A DNA stretch of 41,648 nt from Candidatus Woesearchaeota archaeon (GTDB lineage Archaea > Nanobdellota > Nanobdellia > Woesearchaeales > GW2011-AR15): contig WJJD01000016.1 in NCBI GenBank assembly GCA_014729915.1, positions 1-41,648 on the forward strand. The letters run 5' to 3'. Positions 29,487 through 38,250 of the stretch are shown here, in pieces. The notes under the pieces were generated by a model, which worked only from the letters and a program-made list of their open reading frames with translations, was not told where the DNA came from and did not search any database. The position numbers were made by a program, and so were the translations under genes. How positions within the stretch are numbered: position 1 is the first letter of the stretch; every line of letters begins with the position of its first letter.

Positions 29487-31358
29487 ATGAAATTTAAAGA
29501 ATTAATTGATAGAGAGAACTATGAAAAACTCAAATCACTTGATAATGAAAAGATAATTGAGAAAGTAAAAAAGTATGCTGAAATATGCAAACCAGCCAAA
29601 ATTACTGTTGTTTCTGATTCACCTTTTGATATAAATTATATAAGGAATCTTTCTTTAGAGTGTGGTGAAGAAAAAAAACTGAAAACAAAGGGCCATACTT
29701 ATCATTTTGACGGATATTATGATCAGGCAAGGGACAAGCAAAATACAAAGGTTCTTGTTGAAAAGGGGAGGAAATTAAGCAGGGTTATAAATACGATTGA
29801 AAGAGAAAAGGGCTTAAAAGAAGTTCATCAATACCTTGAAGAGGCTATGAAGGGAAAGGAGATGCTTGTAAGATTCTTTTGTCTTGGTCCAAAAAATTCT
29901 GACTTTTCAATCCTTGCCCTGCAGATAACAGATTCAGCATATGTTGCCCACAGCGAAGATATCCTGTACAGGCAAGGGTATGAAGAATTTAAGAAAAATC
30001 CTGACAAAGATTTCTTTTTTCTGGTGCATTCTGCAGGAAAGTTAGATGAGAGGAAAAACAGTGCTGAGATTGACAAAAGAAGGATTTATATTGATGTTTT
30101 AAAAAACAGGGTTTTTACTGTAAACAACCAGTATGCAGGAAACAGTTTAGGTCTGAAGAAATTAGCTTTGAGGCTTGCAATAAATAAGGCGCATAAAGAA
30201 GACTGGCTTTGTGAACATATGTTTATCATGGGAGTAAAGCCAGAAGATAAAAACAGGACAACTTATTTTACAGGAGCATATCCCAGTGCATGCGGAAAAA
30301 CTTCTACTGCAATGATTCCGGGCCAATCTATTATTGGTGATGATATAGCTTATATCAGGCCAGGAGAAGACGGAATTGCTTATGCTGCAAATATTGAGCA
30401 GGGAATTTTTGGTATTATCAGGGATGTTAATCCTGATGATGATCCGATTATATATAATGCACTCAACAAGCCCGGAGAGATAATCTTTTCAAATATTCTT
30501 GTCAAGGATAAAAAGCCTTACTGGCTTGGTATGGGCAGGAAGCTTCCTGGAAAAGGAGAGAATTTTTCCGGGGAATGGCACAAAGGAAAAAAAGGACCTC
30601 ACGGCAAAGAGGTGCCTCCTGCACATAAGAATGCCCGATATACACTAAGGATAAAAGAATTAGAAAATGCGGATTTTAGGTTGGATGACCCTAAAGGTGT
30701 TCCGGTTCAGGGCATTATTTACGGTGGGAGGGATTCAGATACTTCAGTTCCTGTGTATGAGAGCCTTTCCTGGAGCCATGGTGTCTTTATCGGAGCTTGT
30801 CTAGAGTCTGAGACAACAGCAGCAACACTTGGAAAAGCAGGGTTAAGAAAATTAAGTCCGATGGCGAATATGGACTTTATTGTTGTTCCGTTAGGGACCT
30901 ATATAGAGAATCATCTCAAATTCGGTGAAAATCTTGATTTTTGTCCAAAGATTTTTTCAACCAACTATTTTTTGAAAGAAAAAGGAGAGTTTTTAAATGC
31001 AAAAACTGATAAAAAAGCCTGGATTATGTGGATGGAAGGAAGGATACATGAAGAATATGATGCTGTTGAGACACCGATAGGAAAAATTCCAAAATATGAG
31101 GATATAAAGGATCTTTTTATGAAACTTTTTGGAAAAGATTTTTCAAAAAATGATTATGAGAAGCAGTTTTCTATCCGGTTAAAGAAGTTTCTTGAAAAGC
31201 TTGAGAGAGTTGAAGAGATCTATTCTCAGGAAGAAGAAATCCCCAAGTTTTTTTACAAGCATCTGGAACAAGAGAGAGAAAGGATAAAGACAGCGATACA
31301 AAAGTTCGGAAAGGATGTTGTAAGCCCTTTTGAGTTTAAAAAAATGATTAAAAAATGA
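29487..31358 (+). CDS. pckG: Phosphoenolpyruvate carboxykinase (GTP)
   Basis: QITDSAYV, YAGNSLGLKK, WLCEHM, AYPSACGKTS, IGDDIA, AHKNARYT. Confidence 0.96.
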   Translation: MKFKELIDRENYEKLKSLDNEKIIEKVKKYAEICKPAKITVVSDSPFDINYIRNLSLECGEEKKLKTKGHTYHFDGYYDQARDKQNTKVLVEKGRKLSRVINTIEREKGLKEVHQYLEEAMKGKEMLVRFFCLGPKNSDFSILALQITDSAYVAHSEDILYRQGYEEFKKNPDKDFFFLVHSAGKLDERKNSAEIDKRRIYIDVLKNRVFTVNNQYAGNSLGLKKLALRLAINKAHKEDWLCEHMFIMGVKPEDKNRTTYFTGAYPSACGKTSTAMIPGQSIIGDDIAYIRPGEDGIAYAANIEQGIFGIIRDVNPDDDPIIYNALNKPGEIIFSNILVKDKKPYWLGMGRKLPGKGENFSGEWHKGKKGPHGKEVPPAHKNARYTLRIKELENADFRLDDPKGVPVQGIIYGGRDSDTSVPVYESLSWSHGVFIGACLESETTAATLGKAGLRKLSPMANMDFIVVPLGTYIENHLKFGENLDFCPKIFSTNYFLKEKGEFLNAKTDKKAWIMWMEGRIHEEYDAVETPIGKIPKYEDIKDLFMKLFGKDFSKNDYEKQFSIRLKKFLEKLERVEEIYSQEEEIPKFFYKHLEQERERIKTAIQKFGKDVVSPFEFKKMIKK

Positions 31359-31381
31359 ACTGAAAGTTCATTTTTTAATTT

Positions 31382-31448
31382 TGTCAGGATGCGGGATTTG
31401 TGTGAGAATTATGAATTATGTCAGGATGCAGGATTTGTGTGAGAATTA
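31382..31448. repeat. 30-bp direct repeat x2 (1 mismatch), tRNA 3'-end-like
   Basis: TGTCAGGATGC(G/A)GGATTTGTGTGAGAATTA at 31382-31411 and 31419-31448. Confidence 0.85.
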
Positions 31449-31521
31449 GTAAATTTTTGGGAATGGATTATTTTTTGAATTTTATAGTTCTGCCAGCTTA
31501 GTTTATCATATATAATATAAA

Positions 31522-31569
31522 AAATTTTAAACGTTTTGGTTTAAAATTTTTTAACCGAACATTTATAAG
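31522..31569. promoter_or_regulatory. Palindromic operator / back-to-back BRE-TATA element
   Basis: AAATTTTAAAC-N6-GTTTAAAATTT followed by AACCGAACATTTATAAG; near copy at 34077-34121. Confidence 0.65.
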
Positions 31570-31590
31570 TAAGTCCAATAAAATAATTTT

Positions 31591-31725
31591 ATGACTACAA
31601 AGAAAAGACACTGTTTGATCTGTGAAAATATTTTTCTTACAAATAAGAGCTATGTTTATGTATGCAAGGAATGTGTTATTTCTGTTTATAAGAAAGGAGA
31701 GTTCTCAAAGCCTGTTGTAGGATGA
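31591..31725 (+). CDS. 44-aa CxxC-x13-CxxC zinc-finger microprotein
   Basis: MTTKKRHCLICENIFLTNKSYVYVCKECVISVYKKGEFSKPVVG; TTTATAA box ~25 nt upstream (leaderless spacing). Confidence 0.7.
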   Translation: MTTKKRHCLICENIFLTNKSYVYVCKECVISVYKKGEFSKPVVG

Positions 31726-31796
31726 ATCGTACATATTTATAAAATAGATAATCAAGAAAAATAATAAAAATAAATACTTTTTTCTATTATATTAAT

Positions 31797-33155
31797 ATGG
31801 TAGTAAAAACATTACTATTAACTTCTTACTTTGATAGAGAATATGTAGGTTTTCCTTTGGGTATTGCATATCTGGCCTCAGTTTTAGAGAAAAATGGGAA
31901 AAAGGTTGATGTTCTAGATGTTAACGCAAAAAATATATCAAAAAAAAAACTTCATAGAATAATCAAAAAGGAAAAACCAGATTTGATAGGTATCAGTTGT
32001 AATACAGGGACATATAAAGAGGCTTTGGAAATTGCAAGAATTTCCAAGGATGCACATAAAAAATGCAAAGTTGTTATTGGAGGTCCTCATTCAACGTTTA
32101 GTGCAAAGACTATTCTTGAATATCATCCTCAAATTGATTTTTGTATATTAGGAGAAGCAGAATATACACTACTTGAACTAGTTGATAAACTTGAAAACAA
32201 TATTAATTATTATTCTATCAAAGGATTAGGATACAGAAACGGTAAAAAAAATAAAATTTTCATAAATCCGTTGAGGAGATTTATTGAAAATCTCGATGAA
32301 ATACCCTTTCCGAGTTGGCATTTGTTTGATCTTAATAATCCAGAGGTTGAGCAAGCATATAATCTTCCGATTTTTAAGGGAGATAAATCCATTACTATTA
32401 TTTCTTCACGTGGTTGTTATTTTACTTGCTCTTATTGTTATTCTGAGAAATTTTGGGGAAATAGGATAAGATACAGATCACCAAAAAATGTCCTGAATGA
32501 ATTGAAGAAATTGAAGAAAATAGGATTCAAGTCAGTTTTTTTTGAGGATGATACATTTACCATGGATAGAAAAAGAGTGATTGACATTTGTAAATTGATA
32601 TTACAAGAAGGTCTTGAGATTAAATGGGGATGTGCATCTAGAGTGGATCGAGTTGATTTACAATTATTAAAAACTATGAAAAAAGCAGGATGTATCTATA
32701 TTTATTATGGTATTGAATCTAGTAATCAGGAAATTATAGATAGGGCCGGAAAAGAGATTAAAATTGAAGATTCTGAGAAAGCTTTTGAGTTGATGCGAAA
32801 AGTTGGAATAACTTCGGAAGCATCAATCCAATTTGGATTGCCCGGGGAAACAATTGAAACTGCAAAAAATACGATTTATTGGTTAAAAAACAAACTAAAA
32901 CCTGATAGAATTGCAATTTCACTAACGTCTTTGTACCCTGGAACCGTTTTGGCATATACATATAACATTGATGGAAATGATTATGAAAAGGGATATAAAA
33001 AGGATTTATTTAGTCAATGGAAAGAAAATAAATTCATTCATGGAGTAAATGTTTATCAAACAGATTTTTGCAATGAAACAAATCTTAAAATAATCTATAA
33101 GTTAGTTAAGAAACATCTTGGAGCAAAAATAGTTGGCGGATATATTAATAAATAA
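31797..33155 (+). CDS. Cobalamin-binding radical SAM protein (class B methyltransferase-like)
   Basis: PLGIAYLAS, GGPHST, GEAE, SRGCYFTCSYC, FEDDTFT, GIES, GLPGET. Confidence 0.93.
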   Translation: MVVKTLLLTSYFDREYVGFPLGIAYLASVLEKNGKKVDVLDVNAKNISKKKLHRIIKKEKPDLIGISCNTGTYKEALEIARISKDAHKKCKVVIGGPHSTFSAKTILEYHPQIDFCILGEAEYTLLELVDKLENNINYYSIKGLGYRNGKKNKIFINPLRRFIENLDEIPFPSWHLFDLNNPEVEQAYNLPIFKGDKSITIISSRGCYFTCSYCYSEKFWGNRIRYRSPKNVLNELKKLKKIGFKSVFFEDDTFTMDRKRVIDICKLILQEGLEIKWGCASRVDRVDLQLLKTMKKAGCIYIYYGIESSNQEIIDRAGKEIKIEDSEKAFELMRKVGITSEASIQFGLPGETIETAKNTIYWLKNKLKPDRIAISLTSLYPGTVLAYTYNIDGNDYEKGYKKDLFSQWKENKFIHGVNVYQTDFCNETNLKIIYKLVKKHLGAKIVGGYINK

Positions 33156-34049
33156 TTATTTTATAAAATCAAAGTGTTCTAATGTTTTTCTCCTCACAGA
33201 ATCGATAATTTCTTTATTTTTATTTAAAACTATGAGTATTGGGTCTTGGTTTTTATACATCTTATTTAAAACTTCATTTATTTTAATGTCTCTTATTTCT
33301 TTCACACTTTTGTAAAGATCATCAAATATACTTAAAAAATTTGCACTATAATGTATTTCAACTAATAAAGTTGGAAAAAGCCAAATTTCTGACAAATCCG
33401 CACAATCAACTCCAGTCTTAAGAAAATAATTTGATTTTTTGTTTTGCAAATAGAAATCTCTCACCCATCTATCCAAAAGTGTGTCACCTTTGCATAATCC
33501 ATATGCCTTCATGTTTTTACTTTTAAGTATTTTCAGATAATTATATTCTTTTTGAGGAGCAAGGAGAGCTCCATAATAATGTATTGCATGATAACAAACA
33601 ATTCTTTCATCTGGGTCTATTTTTGAGATAAATTTTAACTGTTTTTCTCTCAATTTATTATAAAAAATATCAAGATTTTCTAATTTATTAAATGTTATTG
33701 ACTGAACCATGGAATTAGAATCAAGAAAAGAAATGCCTTTTTCAATTGCAGTAGGTTGGTCGCTATTAGTCTTTTTTTTAAGATGTTCAACAAAATTATA
33801 GAGCTGGTCTATCCATTTATCATTTATTCTATACTTATACCCTTTCTGCTCAACAACACCATCTTCAACCAATTGTTTCAGCAACTTATGCACTGCCTGG
33901 TATGTTACAGAGACACCGAATTTCTTTTTTAGAAGATGATGTATCTTTTTTGTCTTCAGACCTGGGTTTGAGCTTAGAATAAAAATTAGTTTATCTTTAG
34001 TTGATCCTGAGTTCAATGAAAAATTTGGTACGAATAGGTCTGTTGACAT
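33156..34049 (-). CDS. Putative transcriptional regulator with N-terminal winged helix
   Basis: SVTYQAVHKLLKQLVEDGVV...YRIN wHTH pattern plus a ~200-aa C-terminal domain. Confidence 0.75.
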   Translation of the reverse strand: MSTDLFVPNFSLNSGSTKDKLIFILSSNPGLKTKKIHHLLKKKFGVSVTYQAVHKLLKQLVEDGVVEQKGYKYRINDKWIDQLYNFVEHLKKKTNSDQPTAIEKGISFLDSNSMVQSITFNKLENLDIFYNKLREKQLKFISKIDPDERIVCYHAIHYYGALLAPQKEYNYLKILKSKNMKAYGLCKGDTLLDRWVRDFYLQNKKSNYFLKTGVDCADLSEIWLFPTLLVEIHYSANFLSIFDDLYKSVKEIRDIKINEVLNKMYKNQDPILIVLNKNKEIIDSVRRKTLEHFDFIK

Positions 34050-34076
34050 GCAATTATTATGTGTTTTTTAAGTTAT

Positions 34077-34121
34077 TTTTAAACTTTTTGGTTTAACTGT
34101 ATTAAACGAAACATTTATAAG
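34077..34121. promoter_or_regulatory. Divergent promoter between the regulator and tfe
   Basis: TTTTAAACTTTTTGGTTTAA...AAACGAAACATTTATAAG; BRE-TATA on both strands. Confidence 0.65.
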
Positions 34122-34201
34122 GAGAAAAGTTCAATTTTATATAAATCGGGGGTGTAACAGAGGTTACACTATACAAATATCATAATTAAAGGTGTAAACA
34201 A

Positions 34202-34705
34202 ATGAAAATAAAAAAAGAAATATTAATGAAAACTGCTGAAGAATATGTTGGTCGTGATTCTCTGACTATTGTTAATTATTTAATAGGTAAAGAAAAAATT
34301 TCGGAATTTGTAATCGCAGAAGAGACTAATATTGAGATCCATCAGGTAAGAAACATCCTGTACAGGCTGAATAATCATAATTTAGCTATTTATATCAGGA
34401 AAAAAGACAGAAAAAAAGGATGGTATATCAGCTACTGGACATTAAATTACAAGAGATTTCAGGAATTGTATGAAAAATATCAGAAAAAAAGGGTTGAAAA
34501 GCTTAAGGATAAACTTAAAAAAGAGCAGGAAAGCAGAGAGGGACTGTTTATCTGCCCGAAACTTTGCTCAAGAATGAGTTTTGATAAGGCTATGGAGCAC
34601 CAATTCAAGTGTCCTGAATGCGGAACAATTCTTCAGAAACAGGACAATTCCAGAACAATTGAACATCTTAAAGAGATGATCCAGAAGTTTGAAGCTGTTG
34701 CTTAA
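34202..34705 (+). CDS. tfe: Transcription factor E (TFIIE alpha)
   Basis: VRNILYRL, GWYISYW, Zn ribbon CPKLC...FKCPECG. Confidence 0.93.
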   Translation: MKIKKEILMKTAEEYVGRDSLTIVNYLIGKEKISEFVIAEETNIEIHQVRNILYRLNNHNLAIYIRKKDRKKGWYISYWTLNYKRFQELYEKYQKKRVEKLKDKLKKEQESREGLFICPKLCSRMSFDKAMEHQFKCPECGTILQKQDNSRTIEHLKEMIQKFEAVA

Positions 34706-34749
34706 TGGATTTCTTCCATAAATCCATCTGGATAATACATTTCTTTTCT

Positions 34750-34879
34750 TATAGAGAACTTTGAATTACCTATAGAGAACTTTGAATTATCTATAAATTG
34801 ATCTCTATTTTCAGATGTTTATAGAGAATAATTCAAAGTTCTTCTTAAAGAATTTTGATGTTTTTCAAAATTCTCTATA
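34750..34879. repeat. TATAGAGAACTTTGAATTA direct/inverted repeat cluster
   Basis: 19-mers at 34750 and 34771, TATAGAGAA at 34820, inverted parts at 34829-34842 and 34871-34879. Confidence 0.85.
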
Positions 34880-34888
34880 CCTTTAGAA

Positions 34889-36223
34889 TCAGGATCTGAT
34901 GATCTTGAGAACTTCAATTTTCTTTTCTTCCATGAGTTTCTTAGTATCAGCTTCAAGATTCAGCCTTAGCAAAGGTTCAGTGTTGCTGGGCCTAACATTA
35001 AACCACCAGGAATCAAATTCAATCGAAATGCCGTCAAGATAAAATATTTTTTTGGCATCTTTGTATTTTTCAGCAAGCTCTTTTATTTTTTCCTGTTTGT
35101 CATCAACTTCTGAATTTATTTCTCCTGTTGCATAATATTTATTTAATGGTTCAATTAATTCGGATAGCGTCTTTTCCTTTTTTGTGATTAATTCAAGTAT
35201 CCTTAAAATTATGAAGAATGGAGATTCAAAATAATAATTGTCTTTGAGATAAAAGTGTCCTGAAAGCTCTCCTGCAAATATTGCTTCTTCTTTTCTCATC
35301 TTCTCTTTTATAAAAGAATGGCCCACCCTGGTTATTATGGGCCAGCCTTTGTTTTTTTCAATGATTTCAGGTACTATTTTGCTTGATCTTAAATCATATA
35401 AAATCTTTAACTTCGGGGTCTCTTGTAACAAGTCTTGGGCGATTAAGGCAGTAATCTTGTCACTGCCGATTGTGTTAGTCTTTTCATCAACAAAAAACAG
35501 CCTGTCTGCATCTCCGTCCCAAGCAATACCAAAGTCCGCTTTTTCTTTTATTATAAGTTTTTTTAAATCTTTTAGGTTTTCTTCTTTTAGAGGATTTGCT
35601 TCATGGTTCGGAAAATTTCCATCCAGCTCAGAATAAAGAGGAACTATTTCACAATTTAGGTGGGGAAAAAATTTTTTTCCAATCAATGCACCCATACCGT
35701 TTCCGTAATCAACAGCAATTTTTAATTTTTTTAGTTTTTTAATTGTCTGAAAACTTAGTCCATTTAAGATATAATCCTGAAGAATATCTGTTCTCTGCTC
35801 AATTATTCCTCGATCTTTATTCTGGGCAAAATTCTTATTTTTTACGATTTTTTCAATGTCTTTGATTCCTGTTTTCCCGCTTAATGGAATAGCTTTTTCT
35901 CTTACAAATTTAAATCCGTTGTATTGTTTTGGGTTGTGAGAAGCTGTAATCATGATACCTGCATCATAACCGAATTTAGAAACAGCAAAATACATCATCG
36001 GTGTCGATGAAAGACCAATTGATATCACATCTCTTCCCTGATCAAGAATGCCTTCTATTAATGCCTCTTCAAGTTCATTTGATGAGTCCCGCATATCTTT
36101 TGCAACAACCACATTTTTACAGTCAAGAAATGTAACAAATGCACGTCCAATTTTATATGCTATTTCCTTATTTAGCTGGTCAGGATATGTTCCCCTGACA
36201 TCATAGGCTTTAAAGATTGACAT
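34889..36223 (-). CDS. Phosphomannomutase/phosphoglucomutase
   Basis: FKAYDVRG, ITASHNP, DGDADR, GELSGH, RPSNTEP. Confidence 0.96.
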   Translation of the reverse strand: MSIFKAYDVRGTYPDQLNKEIAYKIGRAFVTFLDCKNVVVAKDMRDSSNELEEALIEGILDQGRDVISIGLSSTPMMYFAVSKFGYDAGIMITASHNPKQYNGFKFVREKAIPLSGKTGIKDIEKIVKNKNFAQNKDRGIIEQRTDILQDYILNGLSFQTIKKLKKLKIAVDYGNGMGALIGKKFFPHLNCEIVPLYSELDGNFPNHEANPLKEENLKDLKKLIIKEKADFGIAWDGDADRLFFVDEKTNTIGSDKITALIAQDLLQETPKLKILYDLRSSKIVPEIIEKNKGWPIITRVGHSFIKEKMRKEEAIFAGELSGHFYLKDNYYFESPFFIILRILELITKKEKTLSELIEPLNKYYATGEINSEVDDKQEKIKELAEKYKDAKKIFYLDGISIEFDSWWFNVRPSNTEPLLRLNLEADTKKLMEEKKIEVLKIIRS

Positions 36224-36496
36224 AGCTTTTTTATAATTTGTTAAGAATATTAAAATCTTTCGTTAGTAAGTAAATAGAAAGTCAGATACGGAAAATGGAG
36301 TTTTTTTTGTTAACATATTAAGTTGAAAAATTTTCGTTGAATGTCCAAGATGAAATTTTTTTTGACATTTTACATTCATCTTTTGCTGATTAATAGACAA
36401 TAAGAATAAGAAACATTCCGAAAATGGCAAAAAAAACCAGCATTCAACGGAAAGTCTATTCAATGTTAACTAAAAAAATTTTCCATTGTACACATA

Positions 36497-36785
36497 AAAA
36501 ATCACAAGGTGATTTTTGGGCTTGAGAAATTTTGGATTTCCCAAATGTCGGAAATCCAAAGATTTCTGAGCACAGTCAAAAATCGCTTGGGCGATTTTCG
36601 ATGTGTTGGAAATGTTTTACATTTCTAATCATCGTCAGGAACCTTAATAAATCTGTCTGTCGGTTCCTGAGATGTCGGCAATCGGAGATTGCTGAGCATC
36701 ATCAGAAAAACGAAGTTTTTCCGAGATGTCGGAAACCCAAAGGTTTCTGAGCACAGTCAAAAATCGCTTGGGCGATTTTCGATGT
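36497..36785. repeat. Multi-hairpin REP-like array containing a 60-bp direct repeat
   Basis: 36545-36604 vs 36726-36785 differ at 2 positions; several 7-10 bp stems. Confidence 0.88.
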
Positions 36786-36895
36786 TTTCCTCTGATTTTC
36801 TATTTATGTTATTAAATTTCTTCTGATGAAGAAATTTAATTAGAGTGGGGTGTTTGGCTCCTATAAAAATCTGAAAAAGTCAAGAAAAAACTTTT

Positions 36896-37360
36896 TCATA
36901 TTTTTATAATAATTGTTTTGTCTTCAAGTTCAGCTTCATCAAGAATCTGCTTTTTTTTTAATTTATTTACATATCTGTAAAATGTTGCTTTTGAACATAA
37001 TCTGTCTTCTTCAATAATAATGTCTCTAATTTCAGGAAGAGTTAGATTTCTTTTGTTAGCTAACTCTATGATTCTATTTTTTATTATGTATTTTTTATTT
37101 CTTTTTATTTTTCTATAAACCTTTTTTTTGTAAGGATCTTCTTGTTTTATATTTTTTATTGTTTCTGAAACAATTTCTTTTATTGTATTCTGGTCCAACG
37201 AACTGTTTTTTAGTTCTTTTCGAAGATTAATGTTTTCTTCTAATACACGCTTGTGTTCTTTTTTTAATTCAAGAAGTTCCTGATTCAGTTCTCTGATATC
37301 TTTTTTAATTTTTTCAAATGAATTTTTAAGAAGCTTCTTGTCAATATTTCCCCCACTCAT
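36896..37360 (-). CDS. Coiled-coil protein with C-terminal HTH
   Basis: Heptad N-terminus; LTLPEIRD...CSKATFYRYVNKL HTH pattern. Confidence 0.75.
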   Translation of the reverse strand: MSGGNIDKKLLKNSFEKIKKDIRELNQELLELKKEHKRVLEENINLRKELKNSSLDQNTIKEIVSETIKNIKQEDPYKKKVYRKIKRNKKYIIKNRIIELANKRNLTLPEIRDIIIEEDRLCSKATFYRYVNKLKKKQILDEAELEDKTIIIKI

Positions 37361-37444
37361 TATTTTTTATAATTTTTTTTGATATTTAAATTTTTTCAAG
37401 AAATTGTCTTCGTAAAAATATCAGAAAAATAATCAATTGAATTT

Positions 37445-37601
37445 TTGAGAAATTGTATTATTGAGACAGCTTTGAGACAGTCTCAGTATGTTTTGAGATT
37501 AATTTGAGACGGAATAATATCTTAATCTCCAGTCGAAATAAAGGGGTGTCTCAACAATGTCTCATGAGACTGTTTTGAGAAGAATAGAGACAGATTGAGA
37601 C
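37445..37601. repeat. Iteron-like (T)GAGAC array
   Basis: Nine GAGAC/GTCTC plus three TTGAGA in ~160 bp, many spaced 10-11 bp. Confidence 0.88.
37528..37548 (+). promoter_or_regulatory. ORB-like Orc1/Cdc6 recognition box
   Basis: TCCAGTCGAAATAAAGGGGTG fits the archaeal ORB pattern TCCA-N3-GAAA-N2-AAGGGG with G-string. Confidence 0.65.
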
Positions 37602-37727
37602 AGAAAATAACTGAGCAATATTTAATATATTACTTAATAGTAAAAAAATAATGCTAATTTAAAGATTTTCACAACAGTTATTAATTAAATCATTTTTCTT
37701 TTTTTAATAAAAGGAGGTAAGAGAAAA

Positions 37728-38171
37728 ATGATAAAAGATTGTATTTTCTGTAAAATTATTAAAGGAGATATTCCTAGCGAGAAAATATATGAGGATGAGC
37801 ATGTCTATGCATTTTTAGATATTAATCCTGCTGCAAAAGGGCACACATTGGTTATCCCAAAGAATCACTCTGAAAATATCACTGACATTAAAAAAGAGGA
37901 TCTTAAACATACTATCTTTGTTGTAAAAAAACTTGCCCCTAAAGTAATGGAAGCTGTTTCTGCAGATGGTTTTAATATAGGGATGAATAATTTTCCTGCT
38001 TCAGGGCAGGCAGTCATGCACTCACACTTTCATATCATCCCGAGAAAAAAAGGAGATGCTATCAAGCTTCCTGTACAGGGAAAATATGAAAAAGGGGAAA
38101 TTGAAAAAGTAAAAAAGTTAATAATCCAAAAATTAAAAAACATAAAGCTAACATCATCCCAGCTTTTATAA
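37728..38171 (+). CDS. HIT family hydrolase
   Basis: CIFCKI, FLDINP...GHTLVIPK, HSHFHIIP; GGAGG RBS. Confidence 0.96.
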   Translation: MIKDCIFCKIIKGDIPSEKIYEDEHVYAFLDINPAAKGHTLVIPKNHSENITDIKKEDLKHTIFVVKKLAPKVMEAVSADGFNIGMNNFPASGQAVMHSHFHIIPRKKGDAIKLPVQGKYEKGEIEKVKKLIIQKLKNIKLTSSQLL

Positions 38172-38250
38172 CATTAAGAACCAATAAATATAACGAGTCA
38201 CAACAAAGAAAAAAAACCTTTATAAAAAAATGAATCACAGATTCATTTTT

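Noticed and set aside
31382..31448. Mini-CRISPR
   Set aside because: 7-bp spacer is too short
5497..35636. Numerous short antisense ORFs in the track
   Set aside because: Lie within confidently identified genes on the opposite strand or an alternate frame
36263..36750. 66-aa and 72-aa ORFs
   Set aside because: Arise from repeat/palindromic DNA; no coding signature
36497..36785. CRISPR array
   Set aside because: Only two long copies, no regular unique spacers, no cas genes
3896..37549. Recurring intergenic GGGGTGT (3902, 3909, 34149, 36847, 37543) as one motif family
   Set aside because: Short and similar to RBS and ORB G-strings; cannot show a common function
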